A stretch of 64,000 bases of DNA, taken from Raillietiella orientalis. Its lineage: Eukaryota. Position 1 is the stretch's first letter. Each line of letters starts with the position of its first letter. Both the position numbers and the translations under genes were made by a program. Under the pieces are notes generated by a model. That model was not told the origin of the DNA and did not search any database. It saw only the letters and a list, made by a program, of their open reading frames with translations. Shown in pieces: positions 13,781 through 26,520 of this stretch. Where the stretch lies: the NCBI GenBank assembly GCA_036172245.1, contig JAYWIR010000016.1, positions 1,922,001-1,986,000 on the forward strand, written 5' to 3'.

Positions 13781-14448
13781 GGGATCCGGGAGCGGATAAC
13801 AGTGCCCAATGGATGCTGAGAACCGAGGCGTCTCCCGTCCTGGACACGCTTTCGGGAAACAATGAACAAAGCAATCCGAAGCTTACGACCGTTTCCTGCT
13901 CACATCTTCCTCCGAATGTCGGAACCGCAACGGACCCCCGAATGCCTCGCAGTGCAGCTCTGGACAAAGGAGAGTACGGAGGGCGGAAAGATGCAGGCGG
14001 TGTTACCCACCGAAGAGCTGTAACCACCGTTCTCGAGCAGAGCACGAGGCAGTGCGCTCTGCGCTTCCCACGAGCGGCGGCTCCAACACATGGTCGCCGA
14101 TGCGATCAATCCACCTTCATTCCTGGTGCTCATAAAAAAAAATATTTTCAAATATCTCACTTACATCCCTCCCCACGAAATCGTGTAGAACAGAAACAGC
14201 TGTGAGGATGGCGTCAACAGATAAATCCACCGGGCCCGATTCCTGCGTGACTCCCTCGATGCCAAACAAGGGATCCTTCATCTCTGCAATCTCCATTCCC
14301 TACAACCTACGCTCAGGCCTGGAGGCTGAAGGAGCCCAGTTCCAGGAACGGTCGCTTTCTTTCCAGGTAGCAAGGTCTAGACTGCAGGTCCTAGCTACAC
14401 GAGCAATGGAAATCCAACAACATTCCGCCGGATACCAAGGTCTATCCA

Positions 14449-14841
14449 CCCTCCCTGCCCATCGGCGAAGCCCCCCATCGCTCAGACAGGCTTTCGCGAG
14501 GAAACCCGTCTTTGCGAGCTCCCCGCGACCCCAGGTGCGCCAAACCCACGTCACGGCGCAGCCACGCCGCACACGTGCGCCGCGGCAGCGCGCAAGCGCG
14601 CACGACCACACCAACGCATCGCGCATCGCCGCCACCCCGTCTGACCGCCTCCAGGTAGGATGCAACAGCGCCGGGCGAGACGGCCGGGAGAGCGCCCCCC
14701 TGCGCCCGCGAGGGACGTACGCGCAGCGGCCCGAGGGACTGCCGCCGCTGACCGAAGAGGACCGACTACCGCTCAACACCGCAACGTTAAGTCCATCCGT
14801 CCGCTCAGGCCTCCGGCGGAGCTCGCGTGCGAGGGCGGCCC
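14449..14841. repeat. Inverted repeat, right arm (partner of 1-393; may extend further right if the left copy continues beyond the window)
   Basis: Reverse-complement identity to 1-393. Confidence 0.95.
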
Positions 14842-15690
14842 GGCGACCGCGCGCGCGCAACCCAAGTTACCTCCACGCACGCGCGCGCGGCGGGCGCGAC
14901 GAGCACTGCCGGCGTCCATCCGTCGGACACAGGGGCCGGGCAGAGCGCCCTCTGCCGGCCGCATAAAGAAACAGCTGGGAACTCGCGTCCGAGCTGCGAT
15001 GGGCGGTGCTCGGCCGAAGACTCCGGCAGGGTGGCCTCATCAAGGTCAGATGCTGCGTCACTTGCGATTGCACCTGGCAGCCGGAGCGGACGGGCACTGG
15101 AGGCGGGGAGAGGCGAATCCATGCGCGCGACGAGGTCGCGAGCGGGAAGCAGCCGACCGTCCCGTCCGCCCGAGCAGGCGGCTCCTTCCGCACAACATCC
15201 GCCTCCGCGCTGCCGCGGCAGCGGCTGCGCAGGCGGCAACGGCTCGTTTCCCGGACGACGGAGGCGGTGCACGCGCCACGGACGTCACGTCTGCCGGTAG
15301 CGGACGCCCGGCATCGAACGGCACCAACCTCCGTGAAGACCGAAGAGGCGGCGCAGCTGCCGGATGGAAACGCGCGCACGCGGAACTTCCGGCGCGCGAG
15401 CGCGGCGGCTGCGGACAAGCTGCGCCACCGGCCAGTTCCGGGGGGAACCTGCAGCGTCCTTGCCACCGAGAACGCCCCGAGCGGGCGTCGCCGGTAGCTT
15501 CCCGGACGGCGGGAGCAGCGACCTGCGCCGGCGGCGGACCGCGTGCCGTCGTCGTCTGTCAGTCGCGCCCGGCGACGCAGGCACCTGCGCTCCATGCCGA
15601 TGACGTGACACGAGTCGACCCGAGCGAGCGCCGGAGGGGCGCACCTCGCCTCTCCGAGAGTAGCGCGAGCACCGCGCCGGCCCACGCGCG

Positions 15691-15733
15691 GCTGCTGCTG
15701 CTGCTGCCGACGACGACGACGACGACGACGACG
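15691..15733 (+). repeat. Compound (GCT)n/(GAC)n microsatellite
   Basis: gctgctgctgctgctgccgacgacgacgacgacgacgacgacg. Confidence 0.9.
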
Positions 15734-15810
15734 CTCGGTGCTCGCCTCGGCATGACCTCGATCGGCTTCCGCCGACCCCGCACGTGGGCCGCCGAGCGCG
15801 AGCGGCTTAG

Positions 15811-16464
<654 letters not shown>

Positions 16465-16961
16465 AAACGCCGAAGGGGCGGCGCCGCAGCGCGACTCCCA
16501 CGCACCGGCGGGCTGCGGAGAGCTCCGCCGCGGACGCCACTCCTCCGAAGAGGTCGCCTCGCCGCACTGCCAGCAATAAAACGATGACCTCGCACGCGTG
16601 GTCAGCAGGGGAGACTCGCCTCGTCTTCGGTGCGGCACCGGTAGCGCCCTTCCGTCGTCGGGCAACGCGGGGGTACAGTCAGCAGCGCTTCCGGTGGCAG
16701 CCCCGCCGACGCTCCCCCTCCCGGCCTGCCGCGCGCACGCGTCTCCCGCGAGATGCCTGGGGGACAGTCGGAGACGGTGGATACGGACGGGGGCTGCGCC
16801 AGGCGGCGCACGAAAGGAAAAGCGGTCGGTCGTGCTGCCTCCTGCGCCGCAGCCGGCGAAAGGGCCGCCGATTGCGTGAGCAGGGGCGGGAAAAACGCAA
16901 CCGCAGGAAGCGAAGGTCCGGACGGCGCAGCGCGAGTTGCGCAGTCCGCGCGTCCCGACCC

Positions 16962-17032
16962 AGCCGGCGGCGCAGACCGCTCCCGGTTTCCTCGCTCTCT
17001 GCCCCGTCGCAATTCGCGGGCGGGAGACGATC
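16962..17032 (+). repeat. 71-bp direct repeat, copy 1 (copy 2 at 17991-18061)
   Basis: agccgg(c/a)ggcgcagaccgctcccggtttcctcgctctctgccccgtcgcaattcgcgggcgggag(a/g)cgatc; 2 mismatches. Confidence 0.9.
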
Positions 17033-17990
17033 GTGAGCGCGAAGCGGATCCGGGAAGCGTACTCTCTCACCTGTGGACGTTCCCTTGGTGCGTGGAGGCA
17101 TTAGAGCGCGCTCCCGGAGGGGCGACGCGCAACTGATCACTTGCATTGCAGAAGCAAAGCCAGGCTTCGGCTCACCAGGCCGCGTCCGTTCTTGGCAGGC
17201 GGCGGTTGTCGTCCGCCGGAAGGGCAGGCGCAGCCGCACAGCGACGAAGCGCAACGGGGACCTGGGGCGGCTCGCCTAGGTGAGTATGCCCGCGGACAAG
17301 GGCACGACCGCGGACCGCACCACCGGCTGCACGGAGGCCTCTGGCGTCTCGTGCTCCTCTTCGCGCTCGTAAGCTTCGACAGCCGCCGGGAGAGCGACGG
17401 CGGTGCCTGGCGACCACCTCGCGCACCCGGGGATGCGCGACTCCGCGTCCGCGTCGTCCTCGAGGTGCACCCGTGGCGGCGGAAAGTGACGAAAAGGAGG
17501 TTGCCGGTAGAGGACGACGGTTTGTTCGCCAGTGGACTCCGCCGCCGGCTACAAGGACTACGAGAAGGCGGGGAGGGAGGGGGGGCGTGGTCCTTGGTTT
17601 GTCCGCGACAGCGAAGGAACGCGTGGCGTCTGCGCGGACCGAACGAGACGCAGGCGGTCTCCCTCGCCCACCGCTCGTTCAGCTGCGATGACCGCCATGC
17701 CGCATGCGCCCTCAGCGGAGCTGCCCTGCTGGAAGGCTGCTGCTGCTGCTGACCTACCGTCTTCGCGGCGTGCCGCGGCTACGGTAAGCGCGCGCGGGGC
17801 CGATCCCCAGGAGAGCGGCGGGCGGACGGTGGTGCGCGGAACGCATGTGCCCCGCGTGGGGCAGACGAGCAGGGAGAACCGCGGGAAGGTCGCAGCAGGA
17901 ATGCGACCGCCAGGCCTCGCGTGGGCCCGCTCTAGACGTACCGCGACAGCATTTTCTTCTTCACCAGCCTCAGGCGCCGCAAAACTTGCG

Positions 17991-18061
17991 AGCCGGAGGC
18001 GCAGACCGCTCCCGGTTTCCTCGCTCTCTGCCCCGTCGCAATTCGCGGGCGGGAGGCGATC
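17991..18061 (+). repeat. 71-bp direct repeat, copy 2
   Basis: Near-identical to 16962-17032. Confidence 0.9.
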
Positions 18062-18904
18062 TCCTCCTGTCGGCACGCACCCGAGTTCTTCGGGGTGTGT
18101 GGTGGCTGCCGGGCGCCCACGCACGTCTCTGCGGCGACGTCCGGCTGAAGGGGCATCCAAGGGATTGCGCGACCTTCGCCTCGCAGGTCGGGCGGCGGCG
18201 TCGACGCCGGAGGGCGCATTCCAGGCAGCGTCCTCATATTTGGTTCCAAGGGACGATCTCCCGATGGACGCCTGCCGTTCGATTTCGCTCGGGATCCGAA
18301 AGTCGGTCTCCCGACGGGAGGAGATGCACTCCGCGTCTCTCGACTGCGCTTGCGCCCGCAGGGTACTGGTGAACCGGCGGTCGGACCGTGGTCCATGCCA
18401 ATGCGGGCCGGGAGGCGGAGGTGCCGCGAGGCCGTTGCGCGTGACGGGTCACGTCAGCTGCGCCCCCATAGACGATGGTCCCTCTCCCAGTCACTCGCGC
18501 GTGCCCGCGGCACCATTCATCCGGTCTCGTTCCCTCTCCCTCCCCCTCTTCCCGGGAACGTTCCCGGGAATGCCAGTCTTTTCCCACCTCAGGCGACTGA
18601 GCAGCCGTCCCTTCTCACGCATTTCCCTGCTGACGGACGATTCAGTTGGCGCGACGCTTAGAGCGACGCGGCCCAAGCAGGAACGCAGCCAACGGGAGAT
18701 GCCTGTCGTCTTTCACCGGCGTGCCGCAGCCGAGGTCTGCGGAGTCCTCGAACACCCCTTGGTCTCCCGCCGGAGGAAGCACGTGGCGACAGCCAGCTGC
18801 ACTGCTCGCCCGCACCCTGCTTTCCGGCGCCCGGGCGAGCGAGCGCCGTGCACGCAACGACCTCCGGAAGCGGAGAGGCGTAGCGTCAACGAGGGGACGC
18901 TCCT

Positions 18905-19885
18905 ATCACGGCCGGGTGCGCCGGGGCGTTTATTTTCTCAAAAATAACAAACTGCAAACACGTGTGGGGCCGTAGGCCCTACAACGTCCGCCGAAAGCTC
19001 TGAACTTTCCGAGTAGCCAGCGCGCAGGCCGGCGAGTTCGACTCTGCAGCGGAGGGGGAAGGGACCAATAAAAACAACAAAACAAAGAAACCACTATTTA
19101 CAAAAGGAGGGGTGTGGGGTAGGGCGGAGAAGGGATCACGTTTCGCTGCGGTCGTCCTCTACATCCTTTCCAGGATGTCGGCAAGTTCAGTCCGTATACG
19201 TCCCAGATGGGACCATCGGTCTGCCGTCCTCCGGAAGCGCAGGGCGGGGCAGGTGGCGTCCCTATCGTTCTGTCCACCAGTGGCGTTGCTCCAGGCTGTC
19301 ACAATCCCTCGTAGGCGGCAAAGGGCTGCGGCAGGCAAAAGAGCGTCGCGCGCAAAGAGGCGCTTGAATACGTCTCTGGGATTGTTCGTGGGTGCACCTA
19401 GGGCCGTTGCGAAACGCAATCACAGGGGCCGGAGGGCAGCACAGTCAAGAAGCAGGTGCGGGAGGGATTCCCGTACCCCGCACCTGACACAGTTCGGGTC
19501 CACTGCCCCCCTCGTCCTGTGGGATCGGCGGGCGGCAACCAGAAAAATGCAACACCAGAAACGCCGACTCCTGCCATTTGAGGGGGAGGGCCCGGGTATT
19601 CCTCAGCACTGGGGGACACTCGAGTACATCCAGCGGGATGCTCAGCAGCTCGCCCCAGCAGCGCCCCAGTCCTTTCGGTGTTGTGCACTTGGAGGTCGCA
19701 TTCAGCTGGTCCGTGGTCCAACCACCTTGTTCCCTCTCTCTCGTGGAGATTCTACATCCGACCTGCCACTTGGCCGGCTGACTACTTCCCAGGTGCTTCC
19801 TGAGGTAGGGCAGGGCCGCGGCTAGGGAGGTCCTCTCAGCCCACGCATTCCAGGCAGGCTGCACGATGATGCCCTGTAGCGAGCG
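18905..19885 (-). mobile_element. 5'-truncated Tx1-like LINE, subfamily A (ORF2 C-terminus + 3' UTR)
   Basis: PNCVRCGVRESLPHLLLDC zinc finger; PRDVFKRLFARDAL..GIVTAWS; terminal AATAAAC-GCCCCGG hairpin motif. Confidence 0.85.
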
Positions 19886-19890
19886 GCTGT

Positions 19891-22270
19891 TTCCCACCCG
19901 GGTGCACCGGGCGTTTATTCCTAAACTATCCGGGAACAGGGTTCCCGGACAAAGGACACAGAAAAACGAAGGGAGGGCTCCCCGACACGCAGGTCGGTAC
20001 ATCCGAAAGTCCGGAACGGGAGGGAGGGGTCCACAAATACACGCATAAAAAATAGAAATCAAGATATGGGGAAGGGAGGGGACAGGGGTCTTTGGCTTCG
20101 GTCGTTCCTTTCCTTCAGAACCGGCGGTGGATGCCGGAGATCTCGTTCGTTGCGTGTTCCGGAAGATGAGGCCTGGCGGCAGCCGACGTCATGTTTTCGT
20201 CGGCTAATCCGGTGGCCTGTCGACGAATCGCCTGCGTCTCCAGCTCTCGGTGGGCCTTGTCGATGGCGCGGGTGCAACGGACAGTTGCGACCATCGCACC
20301 TAAGGACAGGCCGCCTGGTGTGAAGAAGCGGCGCATCAAATCCCTTGCGGTGTCTCCCTTGAGCAGGAGAGCTGAGGCCAGCCTCCGCCACAGTCCTAGG
20401 AGGGCACCGCAGTCCAGGAGCAGGTGTGGGAGCGTTTCGGCTTCTCCGCACCTTTTGCAATTCGGGGAGACAACCCCCTCGGAAACAAGGTTCGTGCGCC
20501 GGTTGCAATGGAAACCCCAATGCACCAGCATGATGACCTCCTGCTTCCAAGAAAGGGGGAACACGGAGCGAGCGGCTGCTGTAAAACGAGTGCAGCAGTC
20601 GCTGCCGCAACTTCGGGCTCGTTTCCTCAATCTGGGCCCACGTGCGAAGGCTTTCCCGCGACCTGCAGGAAGTGCCGTTTGCGCGCCGGAAGGAGATACA
20701 AGCATTCATCCTGGTCAGCTTGACCACTCGCCGGAGCGCCAGTCCGCAGTGGAACAGGTACCGGCGTTTGCGGCGCGCTGGGAAGGCATAGACAGTCCCG
20801 CGCAGCCGCTGGCTCGCCGAACCAGGTATCGTGCAGGCTCGCACCAGCTGGTGCTCCGCAACTGCGCCACTAGGGATAACTTCCTGAACTGCAGCTGCAG
20901 CTCCAGCCGCTCCAGCGTCACGAGGCCGAGGACTCCGTCGCGACGCGGAGCACGCAAGTCCTTCAGGCGGACTCGGGGCCTCCCTCCGACCCAAAGGGCG
21001 ATCCTCAGGAAGTCCTTTGTCCCCCTCTTCACACCGCAGGATGAGGGGGGCAAACAAAAAGCAAGTGGCGAAAAGGAAGGGGCCACGAACGTGTTCCACA
21101 CCACGGCCAGTTCCGGCAAGAGCAACTCGCCATCCAGGAACGGGCTGATCTCCTTCTCAGCCTTTTGGAGGCAGCTGGCCCACTTCTCCGTCGGGGTGTA
21201 TTCCCCCAACGGCATATCGAGGTACTTAAAGTACCGCACCGTGGATATCCCCAGGCGGAACCACTGCTGCCCTGCCCACGACGATCCGACTGCAACCACG
21301 GACGACTTCGCACCGTTCACCTCCAGTCCAGTCCCGCGGCGCAGCAGCTCGAAAAAATTTTCGACCGCCGGCGCCAGGGTGGGCACGGGGGGCAGCTGCA
21401 GAAGATCGTCCGCATACGACGCCACGGCCGGTGTGCCTCCCGGCAGGCGAGCTGCAGTCTCTCCGTACGCCCTCAGCACCAGCTCGAAGTAGGTGCTGAA
21501 GAGCGAGGGGCTCAGGCTGCGCCCCGCCCTGCCGTATCCCGCGGCTCAATGGCACACCGAACACGTTTGTTCCGCTGCATCCCACTTTTTTTGCTGATTC
21601 CCACCGTTTCTTCCGCTCAAAGAGACGTTGGTCAGCGCGTCGCGCCAGCAAGAGCTCGGAAAGGCGATTAATGAGGCAGGGAAGCCCAAGCGTTCCAGAA
21701 GCTCCAGCAGGAGTTCCTGGCTATCGACGCAGTCGAAAGCTTTCCGCAGGTCGACTGCGACGGCGAGGGCCCCCTCGCGCCTCCGACCATCCCGCCAACC
21801 ACCAGCGGACGCTCCGCAAATCGGGGTGCCGACCGTGTTCCCTTTGTTTATCCTACACCGCTGTTCGCGAAGAGCAGGTTGGCCTGCATGCTCCGCCCGG
21901 GGACAGCGTCTGTCTGCCTGCTCCGGGCCGATGAAGCTTTCCGCCACCCGCCCCAGTCGCTCCGACCATAATTTTGCCAGCAACTTGGCGTCCGCGTTCG
22001 GAACGGTGATCGGGCGCCACTTGCCGAGGTTCCGTAAGTCCCCTGCCTTCGGGAGGAGACGCACCCTTGCCGATCGGGAGGAGGCGGGAGCGTCGTCTGT
22101 CTCCCGGATCAGCAGCGTTAAGCGCTGCACCAGGGGCGTCAGCTCCGCGGCGAAGCATGGAAAGAACCCTGCGGGCAGGCCGTCCTCCCCCGGTGACTTC
22201 CGCCTTTTCAGCTTCCCGATTGCGGTGATGATTTCCCCTATCGTGAAAGGCTCCTCCTCCCCGATCTCCG
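19891..22270 (-). mobile_element. 5'-truncated, frameshifted Tx1-like LINE, subfamily B (RT + C-terminus)
   Basis: WRPITVPNADAKLL, AVDLRKAFDCV, RGIRQG, YADDLL, PNCKRCGEAETLPHLLLDC; 3' UTR similar to 41758-41984. Confidence 0.92.
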
Positions 22271-22315
22271 GGGCGCCACTGGCTCTTCAACACTGTTCCG
22301 CGCCACCCGCGGAGT

Positions 22316-24550
22316 TCTCACCCGGTCACGCCGGGGAGTTTCTTAATAAACACTGTACATCTGCGGCCCCGCTACGGCCAATAGTTCATGTGACCTGCCA
22401 GGAAGCCGGTTCCCGGACCGGCTTGACTCTTCTTGGCAGCGGGAAGGGGGTCCGCCCTATGAATCCAGACAGGCTCGGAGTCCGTTCCTCTCACGTTTGG
22501 GGAGCGAGGATCGCACCTCCCTCCCTGGTTGTATCGAAAGGGGAACCCAGAAGGGAATCTCCTCGCTCATTCTCTCCGGAGGGAACCCCTGGGAGGTATG
22601 TTGTCCTCTCCATTGCATGTACTCCGAAGGGAATCCGGAAAGGATCCGCTCCTGTTCATTCCTCTGAAGAGAAGCCCGAAGGGACGCTTCCGAAATTCAG
22701 AAGGGGCGCTGCAGCTTCCCGCAGGATGATCGCTCTCGCTTGCTTCTTTGCACTCTTCTTGAGAGGCGGCGACTCGGAGGGTCCCCCCCCGCAGCAGAGG
22801 GGAGTCCTCTCCCTTAAACGAATGGAGAGGTGCCTGTGAAGGCTCCTTGCTCCATCTTGAAATCGAAGGCGTCCCCCGGTGTGGGGGGTCCTCTCTTCGT
22901 TGTGCGACCGGTGGGGGAACTCCCCACTCCTTGATTCCTGGGAGGACCCGATGGTCGACTCCCATTGTTACGGCCTTCATCGGGGACGTCCGGCTGCCAC
23001 GCCCGAATGTCTCGGACAACGAGTGCCGCCATTGCAGGAAGAAACTCGGCACCCAACGACGCAGTGGAGTCAGTTTCCGCCAAAGTATTGGAATCCGCGA
23101 CGCGTGGTGCCACACGCGGAAGCCTTAACCACAAAGCCTTCAACGCAGGCGCTCCTGGTGCCCGAGGTCCGTTCCTCGAGCTCCAGGAGGAGTTGCCTCC
23201 CGACTCGGACACGGACCCATGGAGCGAGACCTGCGTCGTTGCGCCCGCCGGTGGTCTTGCGTGCCTTACCTCGAACTGCTGACGCAGCCGTTGGCCGGAC
23301 AACGCCGCGGTCTCGCGGGTTCAATGCCGTGTTCAGTTATGCAGTCGGAAGAAGGGACTCGGCAGCATCCCTCCCGAGTGGCACGGTCTCGAGCGCCGCT
23401 CGCTCGTTGACGTGTCGGACGGCAGTCGCCCAGGCTGAGTGAGTGCGATGCCTCCCCCGGCAGGGAGCGTCTTCCGGCCGAGCGGAAGCTGCAGGACGCG
23501 TCGCCCCGCCTCCCGCCCTCGCCGCGCACCCGGCATCCTGGCCCCGCCCCGACTCGGTGCCGGATCCAGCCGAAGGGTCTCGTAAGGCTGCGAATGTTGC
23601 ACTGCCGGTGGTGCTCTCCGGTGCATCGCATCTGCGGATCCGCGAAGAGCTGCGTGGACTCGCCCCTATGCTCGCTCGCCAGTCCTCTCGATGCGAGGGG
23701 GAGCTTCGCCACCAGCACCGTCCGTTCGCGTGACTCCCCGAATCGAAAGCGGGCGGGATTGCGCACGGCTCGTGCGTCCACGCCTCGATCCTGGCGGTGT
23801 GGTTGCGAGGACCGTGGCTGCTGACGAATTTAGCGACTCTGGTCGCCGGAGTGCCTCCTCTGCTGTGGTTCCCCAGCTGGCGAGGCGGCGGAGCGCTGCT
23901 ACGCACGGTGCTCCGCCAGTGCGGACGGGCGAGACGACGGTCTTCCCGAGGATGCTTCAGTACGAGGCCTCCTCGGATGCTCTGCCCGAAGAGCAGGCGG
24001 CGCTGCAGGGGCGGGACCAGAGAGCAGAGACCTGCTGCACTCGCGCGGGTCGGCCACGATGGCGGACGAAGTGGGATCCTCACTGCTCGTTCGCGTGGGT
24101 GGGGTCTCGGGTCCTGCGGTGCCTCCGGCGCGTGGCGCCCGCCGCGCTTTGCGTCAGCAATGGAAACCCCAAACTCGAGTCGCTCGGATCGTTCAGCTGC
24201 GGTTTCGTTGCCGTATGGGCTGTGCAGCCATCGTTCAGGGGGATGCAACAGCTTCCGCAACTCGTCCGATATCTTTGGTGAAACGCAGTTTCCCGGAAGA
24301 CCTGGAGTCGCACTTGCAAATACAAGGAAGCCCGTCGGCGGTTCCGCGGCAGAGCTGCTGAGCACGGGGTGAGGCAGGGTGCATCCTGACCCACCGGCCA
24401 CCATCCACGCAAACCTCGAGTGCCACGAACGGGCCGCACAGCTGGATCGGCCGAAGGCGGTCCCGATCACCACCCCCAGGCATGGTGAACGCCGTGCGCG
24501 GAAATTCTTGTGCGCAGTTTGTGGTTCGGTTGCTGTGACTCCAGAAGCTG
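22316..24550 (-). mobile_element. Degenerate 5'-truncated LINE, divergent subfamily C
   Basis: Terminal motif aaactccccggcgtgaccgggtgag at 22316-22342; eroded ORF2 C-terminal motifs (CLGVVIG, ERLEF, PALKALW). Confidence 0.5.
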
Positions 24551-26365
24551 GCAGAGCACGCTGGCTCGGTTGCGCCATCGAGCTCTGTTCTTCCGGTTGA
24601 CTGGGACGCACATCGTGTGCGTACTCTGCTGGACAACTGGTTCAGCTTACGGCAATCAGGAAAACCTTGTTTTTTTTTTGTGTTTTTTTCGCATGTGGCC
24701 TGTCGTAAAATATTCCGATGGCAAAGAGGAATCCTTGGAGTGGTTATGAGGTTTCGCCTACCATGCGTCGCTTCACGCGCACGTAGTTTCTGCTTCTTAT
24801 GATGGCACAGCGGTCGCAATGAGAAGTGTCTCAAGTGTGGGATGAAGAGGGTGTGATTCTTTCATTTTCTGCCGTTTTTGTTCATGGTTGAGACTCTGTT
24901 CAGTGGCAGGAGGTTATCCTGGCATTTACCGTGCCGGAGTTTAAGAACCCAGTGATGCTGGCACCGCGATGAGAGAAGTTCAAGGAGAGCGTGATGTAGA
25001 GGGACGTACTCGATTTCCTTGTCTGGGATGCTCAGTCTCGAGCTGAGGCAGGGCACACTGCAACTCTGCAGGAATGGACCTCCTCACGGGGTGGACTGTC
25101 TATGAGCAGCCATTAATTGGTACGGAATTTCCCAGTCCGGCCTCTCCTCTTTCCTTCCTAGTAGTTTGGTGGACGCATCCTTGTCATAAGCGAGGACGAA
25201 CATCACAGACTGCTTGCTTGGAGCACCTGTGAACGGGGATCGAGATCTGTGATTGATCTTTGATCGCGGTGCTTCATTTCCTGGAGAGTTGCCATGACAC
25301 TGGAAAATCGCGCTGGGAAAGTCGTGGCCCTTTACAAAAAATCGCCCCCTCCCTTCCCTCTGCTCTCTCACTTCATCACCGATCAATTCCCTTTAGAAGG
25401 CGAGAAAGGATGCTCCTTTCGGACTCTGCGCAGTGTTCCTGGCGTCTCTTCCCGTCGGCGCTTTCTCTCTCCCTCCCGCCTTTCCGAACGCATTGGAATT
25501 CAGGGAGCCAAGATATGGATCATGACCAGCTGAGCCTTGTGACCTTTTTTTCTGTCGGCTCTCTTACGGACATCTCAAGGTCGCGAACCCTTCAGTGATT
25601 TTAGCATAAAGCTGGCGATGAGACGAGGATCCTGGGGCGAGGAGGAGAGTCTCAGGGAATCTTCGAGGCATGGGTATGCCTTTTGTAGCTTTTCGTCCAA
25701 AGAAATGGTAAGAAGTGAACGCTTGGATGTTTCGCCATAACAGAAAAGGTCGTCTTTAGAGACCTTGTTGTGTTTCCCTTTTTCACTGTGGTCTTGACAA
25801 AGGCATCGTTTCCTGGAACGCGCTCTTGTGCTTGCCGACGCCGGAATCCCTCCGGTTGTCAAGTACATCGTACCCGCAAAATCCGCACAGTTTCACAGCT
25901 GTTGGTATGTGGAGATCCCTGGCGCATCCTGAGAGTCGGAATGCTCTCGTTTCTCGGATGCATTCCCAAACCATCTGTGAAGGTCTGATGCCTGTACGTT
26001 GGAGTGGGCATTGACGTTTCATAGGAAAGGGCCGGATACGCGGAAACGTTTCCAGTGTCTCCGCGGTCATCTCTCAAGCAAGGCACGGGTCGAAGGAACG
26101 CATCACTGATCTGTTTCTGTGGTTGTTGCTGTGCACAGCAGAGGTTGGAGCATCCAGGAGATCACTCCTAACCGTGGATGCTGAGAAGCTGTTTCCAATA
26201 AGGAGTCAACACTGCCCGTCTCGATCGATTGCCACCCGCGCTTGCACGCAGTCTGCAGGTGGCATGCAACGCTTGAGGTGCTAACGTGCCAGATGATGGA
26301 ATGAGGGCCTCACCGCAGCCGTCTTCTTCCACCGAATGCACGGCCCTCCCAGTCCGCATTGGCGG

Positions 26366-26425
26366 CCACGTGGCTGCGGTCTCAGCGCGCGGCCCCAAGC
26401 GTCACGAGTTCGAATCCTCACGTGG
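26366..26425 (+). other. tRNA-like / SINE-head-like degenerate sequence
   Basis: CCACGTG...CACGTGG closing stem, A-box-like TGGCTGCGGT, B-box GAGTTCGAATCC; too short for a canonical tRNA. Confidence 0.3.
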
Positions 26426-26520
26426 AGATCAACGCCGAGAACGAGGGGGTGAGTCGTGGGTTTCGATTCCCCCCTGCAGGATGACTCTGGTTGACCTACA
26501 GGCTTCAGACGAGGCACTGG

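Noticed and set aside
20191..22839. ORFs of 433 aa and 403 aa on the plus strand
   Set aside because: Antisense shadows of the minus-strand LINE ORF2.
25084..26100. Possible additional RT remnant on the minus strand
   Set aside because: Motifs are too eroded and not convincingly collinear.
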